The translations under genes were made by a program, and so were the position numbers. From Chloroflexota bacterium (GTDB lineage: Bacteria > Chloroflexota > UBA11872 > VXNJ01), in assembly GCA_965261345.1 (NCBI GenBank), contig OZ253449.1:1251317-1315316 (forward strand): a DNA stretch of 64,000 nucleotides, in the 5' to 3' direction. This document shows positions 55,866 through 64,000 of this stretch, in pieces. Below the pieces are notes generated by a model. The model did not search any database. It worked only from the letters and a program-made list of their open reading frames with translations, and was not told the DNA's origin. Positions within the stretch are counted from its first letter, which is position 1. The number at the start of each line of letters is the position of its first letter.

Positions 55866-56267
55866 GGCACGGGCGATCCTTCGGGGGCCACTCCGCCGAT
55901 GTCACCCACGCGATTGCGGTAACGCTTCAATGATTGGCACCGGTGCCACGGGTTCAGGTGCCTGCTGGCGCACGCGACCGGTCTACTTGGCCGAAGAATT
56001 CGGTGAGATAGGCGTACGCTTGGCCACTGCCATTGCCCACCGGTCATACGGTCGGCAATCCCCCCGCCCCGCAGCTTGTGGCAGGTCCCCGGTTTTGGTA
56101 CCAGGTGGTTTGAGACATTGTCTTGTGGGAGGGTGCCGCCAGCTCTCCTGCAGGAGAGCTGGCGGCGAAGCTGATATTGCGGCCGCCCGTAGCACCCACG
56201 AAGACGGACGCCAGGCCGTCGATGAGGCCGGCCAGCAGCAGCCGGATTGCAACCGGAAGTTGATCCA

Positions 56268-57045
56268 TCACGCCGCCGCCTCGATCGCTTCCAGGGGCGC
56301 CAGGTAGCCGAGCGCCGAGTGCGGGCGCACGGTGTTGTAGTCGATCCGGAAGCGCTCCAGCATCACCCTGGCTTCTTCGAGGGTGAAGAATATCTCGCGG
56401 TCCAGGAGCTCGTCGCGGAGCTTGGATATGAACGATTCCGCATAGGCGTTCTCCCAGGGCGCTCCGGGCTTTATGTAGACGGTCTTGACGCTGTTGCCAG
56501 ATAGCCATTGCCTTATCGCTTTGGCGGTAAATTCGGGGCCGTTGTCAGAGCGGATGTGCTCGGGGACCCCGTGGATGAGCATGAGGTCGGCGATTGTCTC
56601 GATCACGTCCCGGGCAGGGAAGGATCGGGCCGCCCGGGCCGCTAAGGCCACGCGGGTGAACTCATCGACCACGGTAAGGATCCGCAGTGGTCTGCCGTCC
56701 TCGGTGCGCTGGTTAAGCAAAGTCGTAGGCCCAGACGTGATTCGGGCGCTCGGCCATAAGCCGCGTAGAGCGTCCGTTCTCCAGCCAGAGGCGCGACTTC
56801 TTGACCTTTCGGATCGGGACCTTAAGGCCCTGCGCGCGCCAGATGCGCAATACCCGTTTGCGGTTCAGTTTCCAGCCCGAGTGTTTAAGCAGGGCGGTGA
56901 TGCGCTTGTAGCCATAGCGGGGGTGCTTGAGGGAAAGCATCCTGATCTCGGCTACGAGGTTGTCCTGCTCCGGATCGGGTTTTGGGATGTAGCGCTGGGT
57001 GCGGCGCGATTGGCCCAGCACCCGGCAGGCTCTTCGTTCAGACAC
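56268..57045 (-). pseudogene. IS3-family transposase OrfB (integrase/DDE core), disrupted
   Basis: It is split into two frames at about 56715. That point is a 1-nt insertion, plus a TAA, relative to copy B. It lies in the same frame as orfA but is separated from it by an in-frame stop. The DDE core ...HIRSDNGPEFTAKA...YIKPGAPWENAYAESF... is still readable. Confidence 0.65.
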
Positions 57046-57117
57046 CGGGAACTTGGCCCGGACGTGGTCGACGCACTTGCGCCGCCGCTCCGGGCTTAGA
57101 AGTTTCCTTAAGGCCTC

Positions 57118-57375
57118 TCATTGAAGGATCTGGTTGTCGAGCGTTAGATCGGCCACCGCGTGTTTTAAGCGCTTGTTCTCCTCGCGCAGGCGCTTGTTCT
57201 CCTTGGCCTCGGCGAGCGTCATCCCGCCGTAGCGGGAGCGCCAGCGGTAATAGGTCTGGACGTTGATCGCCGCCTTGCGGCAGCTCTGCTCGACGGTGTC
57301 GCCCTGGGCGACACCAAGCTCTATGGCCCGGAGCTTGTTGATGATCTGTTCGGGCGAGTACTTTCGCTTCGCCAT
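57118..57375 (-). CDS. IS3-family transposase OrfA (HTH)
   Basis: MAKRKYSPEQIINKLRAIELG...YYRWRSRYGGM, a leucine-zipper-like tail and an 85-aa length support the call. Confidence 0.8.
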   Translation of the reverse strand: MAKRKYSPEQIINKLRAIELGVAQGDTVEQSCRKAAINVQTYYRWRSRYGGMTLAEAKENKRLREENKRLKHAVADLTLDNQILQ

Positions 57376-57697
57376 TGCAGTCCCCTTTCGTTGGAACCAG
57401 ATTATTCACATTCCCTCTGGTACCAATGAGGGGGAGCCGGCCACTTGGACGCGGCAATATTGATTGGTCCGCAATGTATTCAACCAGGGCTTGGCCACTA
57501 CACAAAGGCTGGCTTCCGGGCGCGCTGGAGTGTGCGACCGCCCCTCCTGATGCCGCGGCCGGGACGCTGGTAACATAGGCGCGCGCTCTTCAATAATGTA
57601 TTTCGGTTAAGAAAAGCGATGTGTCAGGCCGAAGCATCCAGATCGGCCGATCTGGGATTGTGTCGTCAACAAGCCTGCCAAGCAAGGAATCTGAACT

Positions 57698-58645
57698 ATG
57701 GGAATCGACCCGGCGTTGTTTCGTCCCGAGGCGATCAGTGCGGAAATGCGGGCCTTTAATGCCCGCCTGGGGGAATTGATGGCCCAGGACCCGGGTGAGG
57801 AAATCACACCCGAGTACATGCGGCGGCGGCGGCGCGAGGGCAGCCCCTAGCAGATACCACAGCGCAGGCTCGATGTTGGAATCGATGACAGTTGCCCCGG
57901 ACCCGACGGGCCGGTTCCGCTGCGAATTTTTGTGCCCGAGCGCTGCGAGGGCGTTTACCTTCACATCCACGGTGGAGGATGGGTGTTCGGTGGCGCCGAT
58001 CTTGAGGACGAAAGTCACTGGCGTAGGGCCCAGGAGTGCAACGTAGCGGTGGTAAGCGTGGAGTACCGACTTGCGCCCGAGCACCCGTACCCGGCCGCAC
58101 CTGACGACTGCGAGGCGGCCGCGATCTGGCTGGTCGAAAACGCGTCCAAACGTTTTGGGTCAGATCGGCTTCTCATCGGGGGTGAATCAGCTGGAGGGAA
58201 TCTTTCGGCGGTCACCCTGCTGCGGATGCGCGATAAGCACGGGTTCACCGGCTGGTCGGGCGCCGACCTGATGTACGGCGCCTACGAATTCGCCGGCGGC
58301 ACTCCGGCGCGAGAGATAGTCGGACGCAACAGCCTGGTGCTGCGAGCAGAAACGATGGAACGCACGTTGCGGAGCTACTTTGGTTCCGTCGATCTCACTG
58401 ATCCGGACGTTTCGCCGCTACGGGCCTGCCTGCACGACATGCCGCCGGCGCTGTTTAGCTGCGGTACCGCCGATCCGCTAATCGACGACACCCTTTTCAT
58501 GCACGCGCGCTGGATCGCAGCGGGCATCCGGGCCAAGATCGCGATCTACGCGGGGGCCACCCACGCCTTCGATGATTTCAAGGCACCGCCGACGGAGTCG
58601 TCCCACCAGCGTCGATTCGAGTTCATCCGCAGCGTCCTGGCGTGA
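57698..58645 (+). pseudogene. alpha/beta-hydrolase (HSL-family esterase/lipase) interrupted by a single in-frame TAG
   Basis: The 316-codon frame reads continuously: MGIDPALFRPEAI...EYMRRRRREGSP, then TAG at 57848, then QIPQRR...VYLHIHGGGWVFGG...GESAGGNLS. This is an HGGG oxyanion hole with a GxSxG motif. The track ORF 57932..58645 is the 3' part. Confidence 0.6.
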
Positions 58646-58846
58646 TCTGACGGGAACTGATCCGAACCCTTTAAGAGACCCCATCCTCGTGGCGGTTGCA
58701 AAATCAGCCGCCCAGATGCGCGAGTTCCGCCGGGACCTGATCGTGCCGCGGCATCGGCGCAAACGCTGGACAATTGCCCCGACCGAGGGCGGATGCAGCC
58801 CGGTGCCGCGCTTGAATCTGCAGGCGTTACTAGTGTCGACGGCGTC

Positions 58847-59254
58847 CTAGGCCAGATTCACCTGCCAGCTCACTCCGAAACGGTCGTTGATCCAACCAAA
58901 TTTTCGGCTGAATCCGTAGGTATCAGCCGGCATTAGCAGCTTGCCCGCTTCCGCCAACCCGCCAAAGATGCGTTCGAATTCGGGCTCGCTTTCAACCTCA
59001 ATAAATAGCGAAAGCGACGGCGTAAACGAGAACTGGTGCGCGACGGCGCTGTCGATTGCCATTACTTCGAGCCCGTCAATTGAGAACCGAACCAGCCGAA
59101 CCGTCCCCGCATCGCCATTTTCATCTCCGGGGCCGTAACGGTCGATTTCAATCACGCGCGAACGCGGAATAAGCTCCACGTAAAAATTGATCGCTTCTTC
59201 GGCTCGACTGTGCTGTTCACCAGCAAACATTAGGAATGGCGCAATTTTTTGCAT
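58847..59254 (-). CDS. VOC-superfamily protein (PhnB-like)
   Basis: MQKIAPFLMFAGEQHSRAEEAINFYVELIP... is the typical PhnB/3-demethylubiquinone-9 methyltransferase-like VOC fold N-terminus. Confidence 0.55.
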   Translation of the reverse strand: MQKIAPFLMFAGEQHSRAEEAINFYVELIPRSRVIEIDRYGPGDENGDAGTVRLVRFSIDGLEVMAIDSAVAHQFSFTPSLSLFIEVESEPEFERIFGGLAEAGKLLMPADTYGFSRKFGWINDRFGVSWQVNLA

Positions 59255-59836
59255 TGTTCCTGCAGCTTCATTTGCCCGCGGGGTCCGGCGGGATTATTGC
59301 TGGCCGGACGGGTCGATCGGGATCCGAGCCAGAAAACGCCCAATTCTTGAATTGTTCCCGAGGACAGCAGATCCGATACCGTGTGGATGCGGGAGCGGCC
59401 TTCGATACCGAAATCAGGCCTGGTTGCCGCGGCAGGACTTGCCCGCTGTCGCCCGGCTCGGTGCTTGGGGCGGTCTGATCCGGAGTTAGCTCGATCGCCT
59501 TTTTTTGATAGATCTGGATCCTGAACGCGCCAAGGTCGGCGACGAACAGTCTTATCTGCTCGTCCACCAATACCGAATCGGACCCGCATCGCGGCCGGTC
59601 CATGCTATTCGGGCGCGGTCCGGCCAGGTTTGGACCCGCGCACTCAAGACGCTGTACCCGGGTCTGTCCCGCCCGTTTGTCTTTCGATCGCGCAACACCT
59701 CGAAGGTTTTCCACCAACGCTTGCCGCGAAACCAAAGTTACCTACTTGCAAACCGGCGCAAAACGGGAATTGGCCAAATCGATATTGCCTACCATCGATT
59801 CGGGAATATCTTCATTTGACTTGAGAACTGGACTGT

Positions 59837-60220
59837 TTGCCGATGCGGATGCAACTTGGCGCTTTTTCGATCAGCCTCGCGGTTGCCGACATCGATGCTT
59901 CCTGCGCCTTCTACCAAAGATTCGGGTTCGAAGTCGTTGGCGGAGATCGCGAGCAGAACTGGTTCATCCTGCGCAACGGCGATCACACCATCGGTCTTTT
60001 TCAGGGAATGTTTGAGAAGAACATCCTCACGTTCAATCCGGGTTGGGATAAATTCGCAAACCCGCTCGATTCGTTCACCGAAGTGCGGGACCTGCAGCGA
60101 CGGCTCAAATCCGAGGGCCTAACACTTGCGAGTGAAGCCGACGAGAACGGTTCTGGCCCGGCCAGTTTTGTGGCCGTAGACCCCGACGGCAATCCAATCC
60201 TGGTCGATCAGCATGTATAG
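59837..60220 (+). CDS. VOC-superfamily (glyoxalase/bleomycin-resistance-like) protein
   Basis: ...[31 protein letters not shown]...[33 protein letters not shown] has a paired beta-alpha-beta-beta-beta signature. Confidence 0.5.
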   Translation: MPMRMQLGAFSISLAVADIDASCAFYQRFGFEVVGGDREQNWFILRNGDHTIGLFQGMFEKNILTFNPGWDKFANPLDSFTEVRDLQRRLKSEGLTLASEADENGSGPASFVAVDPDGNPILVDQHV

Positions 60221-60395
60221 GGAATCGCGGTCTGCATAGATTGAGTAACCGCCTCAATCGCTATCGGTATTGACCAATTGCGGCTACCAAGGCGGGAACA
60301 ATGGGATTTCCTTGTGTGGTAATCTGGCCGCCGTCGAAGGCGATTAATCCTGCCTCCGGCCGCAGTCATTCCATGCTGAACCACCGAGGCAGGCT

Positions 60396-61520
60396 TTAGC
60401 GCCGGTCTTGCGCCTCCACCCAAGCGGTTACCCGCTCGTTGGCGGCTTTGATCAGGGGGACGTTGTCGGGATCCTCGCGTTCCATCTCGTCGAGGAGTCC
60501 GCGCCTGCGGGCCTTGTTGCGCTGGTAGGCCCCGCAAAGGTGGAAGCCCACGCAACCAGGGTTCTGCTGCAGCTCGCCCAAAACCGAGGCATACCAAGCG
60601 CCGTCGTTGGGCACGAATCCATCGGGGCCGACACTCCCTACGCGGGCGGCATCTGCCAGCAGAACTGGTTTGGCGGTGTTGCGGTGCCAATGGTCCAGGT
60701 GGGCGCCCGGTTGGAAAAAGTCCTGGAATGAGAGCACGTCCACGTACGGCATCGCCACTGTAACTATTTCATTAGCGAGCGGCGCATTGGCCTCATAGCG
60801 GTCGCCGAGGATGAGGTGATGCGGATCGTAGCGCCGGATGGCATCGTGCGTGGTCTTGTAATAGCGTCGCGCCAATTCGGCCAGTTCGCGGCGGCCGCTC
60901 TCACTGCCAAGAAGTTCTGGGTCAAAGATCGGTCCGCGCCACTTGTTTGGTTCTTGAACGTGCGTCCACGTTGGGCAGTCGCTGTAGAAGTAGCCAATCA
61001 GGTTGCTGTCTTCGCGCAATTCGGCGCAATGCGACCTGGCAACGTAGTCGGCCCATTCGCCCCACTGCGAGCTGCGGAAGTCAAAGTGGCGCGTGTGCTG
61101 TTCCCACTGGTGGGATTCGCTAAAAGGAAGCAGATGGCAGTACGGCATCGCCAGGGCGCGGTACTCGTCATTGGTAAATGGCCGCGAGTGCTGCCAATGC
61201 CGCACCGTCACTTCCTGCACCCATCCCACCGTATTGAAACCCCAACGGGTGAGGTTGGGAACCACCGATTCGCGGATCCAACGGGTGGTGCTGCCCCCGT
61301 AGCGGGTCTGCCAGATATGGACGTTTTCCGGATAGCGAAGACTGGCCGGATCAATGTGGTTGAGACCGAGCGAAAAGAATGGCTCGCCGTCGGGGGCAAT
61401 GAACCACCAGCGGCCGTGCCGGCGGCCGAGGCTGAAGTATCCGGTGGGATCGGTCTGCGTGGTTCCAGCTGCGTGCTCGCCGACTGGATCGGGTGCCGCA
61501 AGGTTTCGGAATGAAGTCAT
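60396..61520 (-). CDS. hypothetical protein, possibly a TIM-barrel glycoside-hydrolase-like enzyme
   Basis: 374-aa ORF with strong coding character. The RWGFNTVGW and FHLCGAYQRN stretches are reminiscent of GH-like TIM barrels, but I cannot assign a family. Confidence 0.3.
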   Translation of the reverse strand: MTSFRNLAAPDPVGEHAAGTTQTDPTGYFSLGRRHGRWWFIAPDGEPFFSLGLNHIDPASLRYPENVHIWQTRYGGSTTRWIRESVVPNLTRWGFNTVGWVQEVTVRHWQHSRPFTNDEYRALAMPYCHLLPFSESHQWEQHTRHFDFRSSQWGEWADYVARSHCAELREDSNLIGYFYSDCPTWTHVQEPNKWRGPIFDPELLGSESGRRELAELARRYYKTTHDAIRRYDPHHLILGDRYEANAPLANEIVTVAMPYVDVLSFQDFFQPGAHLDHWHRNTAKPVLLADAARVGSVGPDGFVPNDGAWYASVLGELQQNPGCVGFHLCGAYQRNKARRRGLLDEMEREDPDNVPLIKAANERVTAWVEAQDRR

Positions 61521-61864
61521 CGCCCTCGCTCAGTGTGCGAAAAAGCCAAAGTGGCGGCGCGCTCCAGTGCCACCTGCGCGATCGGCGGGCATGGGGCGGA
61601 GCGTTCCGTTGCCGCACTAGCCAGCGTAAACCGCTCGCACGATGATTTGGGCGCAGCGATTCGACTCAGCGTAAATGGTATACGTAGATCAGGGCGGCGG
61701 CGCCAAGGCCTTGGCGCCGGGCAATCCGGGCGCGCTCCTGCGCCACTCCGGGAATGCTCAGTCGCAGGCGTCGATCCAGCGGGTGGGCGGTGAGACCGTG
61801 GGCCTTCGACGATTGGGGCTCGACGAACGATTCGGCGGACCAGGCTGCCCGAAGAAAGCCAAAT

Positions 61865-62557
61865 TTACGAAGCTATTCGTCCGATTTCGGGCCACCCGCG
61901 CCATGTTCCCTCGAACCCTGCCACGCGATAGTCGGCGTCGGCATACCAAAGCTCGCCCGCGCGAATGGAGAGGCCGTGCGGAAACGGGTCGTCGGGACCG
62001 AAGGTGATGCGGTCGATTTCCCGCCCGGATTCGGCGTCGTACTTCACTACCAATTTCTCGCCGGTATGCGCGCACCAGAGGCCGTCGCCTACGCGGGCCA
62101 GCCCATGCAATCGTGGCAGTTCGATCGGAAAACTCGCCAGCACGGCGTAACTGTCCCCGTCCACCAGGGTGATTGCTTGGGGATTAAACGCCGTCAACCA
62201 GATATTCCCGTCATCCCATTCGAGGCCGTGGACGCCGCCGCCGTCAGGGGTCCTGAATCGGTCTACCATTTCGCCGGTCTGGGGGTCGAGCTTGAGCACC
62301 CAACCCAGCCCGGTGTCGGTGGGACGCGGGTCCCGCACCGCAGTCTTGCCGTTAGACGCCGTCCAGATAGAACCGCCGCCCGCGGTGATTCCGGAGCCGT
62401 TCTCAGTGGGCGATCCGATGGTGCGAACGGTTTCCCCGCGCTCGTTCAATACAAAGATGTCATCGGATTTCTGGTCCAACACGTACAGTTCGTCACCCGC
62501 CCACTGCAGTCCGTTTGGGTGCACACAAGGCGAGTCGAATTTCTTGACCGGTTTCAT
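61865..62557 (-). CDS. beta-propeller repeat protein (glutaminyl-cyclase / Vgb-lyase-like fold), hypothetical
   Basis: Repeated ...G..W.....G.I..ID..TG.V... units are typical of 5-6 bladed propellers. Confidence 0.35.
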   Translation of the reverse strand: MKPVKKFDSPCVHPNGLQWAGDELYVLDQKSDDIFVLNERGETVRTIGSPTENGSGITAGGGSIWTASNGKTAVRDPRPTDTGLGWVLKLDPQTGEMVDRFRTPDGGGVHGLEWDDGNIWLTAFNPQAITLVDGDSYAVLASFPIELPRLHGLARVGDGLWCAHTGEKLVVKYDAESGREIDRITFGPDDPFPHGLSIRAGELWYADADYRVAGFEGTWRGWPEIGRIAS

Positions 62558-63136
62558 GGTCGGCAGCTCGCTTTTCTGCGGTGGTGGCTATGGTCGCCGG
62601 GCGATCGCGGCAATTGGATTGCGGGGGTGTTTGACTGCCCCGGTTCGGCCAATTCTTGCCTACTCGCGATACGGCGCTGCTATTGCCGGGCGTGGCCGTG
62701 AGTTTCCCTCACCGGCGCACCGTGGCGAAATCTTTGGGCACGATTCGGTCTCCATACTTAGTTGGAACCCGGTCACGCCCGGGAATGGGCGAATTCCGGA
62801 TTGCGCCTCCGCTGTAATGCGATCCTCCGCCCAATTTCTCCAAAGGTTGCAACGCTGAGGTAAAGGTCGGAGGTCCGCTGTGAAGCAACCGAAAAAATTT
62901 AGGCACGGTTTATACCCAGCCGGCACAGCCTCGAAAGCACATCGGAGTCAAACAAGAACGCGTAGACGCCAGGAGGCCTAGGCGACCATTGGAGGCGATC
63001 AAATCCCCGATCATCCCGCGGGTTCTGAATTGACAGTTCATCCAAAGTTGGGGGAGTCAGCTTTCTTAAGACTTCGCAGTTCGATCGTTGTCGCACATGA
63101 TTGAAGGTGGCCCGAAAAATTCGGTGAAGAGGCTTT

Positions 63137-63160
63137 GTGCCCGCAAAATTGCGGGTTTTC
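63137..63160 (+). terminator. orphan rho-independent terminator-like hairpin
   Basis: GTGCCCGCAaaatTGCGGGTTTTCC is a 6-7 bp GC stem plus a T4 tract on the plus strand, with no annotated plus-strand gene just upstream. Confidence 0.35.
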
Positions 63161-63238
63161 CATCGGTCCGCATGGGGCGGTCCTTACGCTGGGCGCGTCA
63201 ATATCCAGTGATCCAAAAATCGTTCGAAAGTCGCATCC

Positions 63239-64000
63239 ATGCCGGACAGATCCATTTCAAGCCTTGAAACCGTAGATCTGCGGACCGTCTGGGCGGACGA
63301 ATCCCAGCATTTCACTCCTTGGCTGGCGAAACCCGAGAACCTGGCGCGCTTAGGGGAGGCTCTGGGGCTCACGCTTGAACCGCACCGCACCGAGCAGCAG
63401 GTCGGTAGCTTTAGCGCGGACATTTTGTGCCGGCGGCCCTCCGGTGGCGACGACGACGAGTCGTGGGTCGTGATCGAGAACCAGTACGGTCGAACGAATC
63501 ATGATCATCTGGGAAAGCTGCTTACCTATACGGCTGGATTAGATGCACGGACCGTGGTTTGGGTCGCTGAGAAATTCCGCGACGAGCATAGAGCTGCTCT
63601 AGACCTTCTAAACGACAGCACCACGCAGGACTACGCGTACTTTGGCATTGAAATTGAGTTGTTAAAGATTGACAACTCGCGGCCGGCGCCTCGGTTCAAC
63701 GTTGTCGTCCAGCCGAACGACTGGGCGCAAACGGTCAAGCGCACTGGCTTCGACAGTGAGCTTAGCGAGACCAAGCGCCATCAACTCGATTTTTGGACGG
63801 GGTTCCAAGGGGTTCTCGAAACGGAAGGAGGTATTCCCGCCACACGACCAACGCCAACTGCGTACATGACGCACCAAGTTCCAGTAGCAGGAGTCAGGGT
63901 CGTTTCGTTCTTTACGGCGTGGAACTCCGCCAGGGAAACCTTCTCGATCGGCGAACTGCGGGTGGCGCTAGAGTTCTATGGCTCGGATCGTAAGACGAAC
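63239..64000 (+). CDS. DUF4268-like / PD-(D/E)xK-nuclease-like hypothetical protein; 3' end outside window
   Basis: ATG at 63239, open to the window edge. The ...SADILCRR...ESWVVIENQYGRTNHDHLGKLLTYTAGLDA... motif (D...E-x-Q, then DHDHLGxLLTY) matches what I recall of the DUF4268 family. The family assignment is unverified. Confidence 0.4.
   Translation, partial: MPDRSISSLETVDLRTVWADESQHFTPWLAKPENLARLGEALGLTLEPHRTEQQVGSFSADILCRRPSGGDDDESWVVIENQYGRTNHDHLGKLLTYTAGLDARTVVWVAEKFRDEHRAALDLLNDSTTQDYAYFGIEIELLKIDNSRPAPRFNVVVQPNDWAQTVKRTGFDSELSETKRHQLDFWTGFQGVLETEGGIPATRPTPTAYMTHQVPVAGVRVVSFFTAWNSARETFSIGELRVALEFYGSDRKTN

Larger units (their letters stand above)
56079..57443 (-). mobile_element. IS3-family insertion sequence (copy A, 1365 bp) with a 4-bp target-site duplication
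   Basis: The terminal inverted repeats are TGGCCGGCTCCCCCTCATTGGTACCA and TGGCAGGTCCCCGGTTTTGGTACCA. They are flanked by CTTG on both sides (56075-56078 and 57444-57447). The element contains orfA and an orfB. Confidence 0.75.

Overview
This is a high-GC window (roughly 65-70% GC over most of its length) whose conserved gene order looks Actinobacteria-like: rpsO-pnp-dapB-asd-dapA-UDG-rnj-ftsK, and holB-ricT-alaX-ileS. The first ~34.3 kb is core housekeeping. It holds a nitrogen cluster (glnK-amt on the minus strand, then a small zinc-ribbon membrane protein and glnA), two tandem enolase-superfamily paralogs, ileS, leuS, trxA, the lysine-branch genes, RNase J and FtsK. From ~34.3 to ~47 kb the content turns accessory and GC falls to roughly 50-55% after ~38.6 kb. 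This stretch carries a nucleoside 2-deoxyribosyltransferase-like gene plus a decayed second copy, flanking two paralogous MFS transporters. It also carries a third enolase-superfamily gene, a large DUF2207-like membrane protein, and a divergent gene pair with a 680-bp non-coding spacer between the two genes. One gene of the pair encodes a TIR-domain protein with an N-terminal DUF1883-like domain. The other encodes a stand-alone ~500-aa reverse transcriptase of the Abi/defence-associated (UG/DRT-like) kind. This pair is my best candidate for an undescribed anti-phage module. From ~47 to 57.5 kb the window is an insertion-sequence graveyard. It has an IS256-like element with a frameshifted transposase and a separate 150-bp end fragment of the same IS. 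It has two degraded IS3-family copies, one bounded by a 4-bp CTTG target duplication, and a solo IS3 terminal repeat. It also has IS21 istA and istB fragments in opposite orientations and one intact-looking IS110-family transposase. Interleaved with these are brnTA and hicAB toxin-antitoxin pairs and rarA. The last 6.5 kb holds an alpha/beta-hydrolase gene broken by a single in-frame TAG, two VOC-family genes and several poorly characterised ORFs. The last ORF (DUF4268-like) runs off the window. I found no rRNA, tRNA or CRISPR array. The polynucleotide phosphorylase carries an unusual ~190-aa C-terminal Arg/Gly-rich tail built from tandem DNA repeats.
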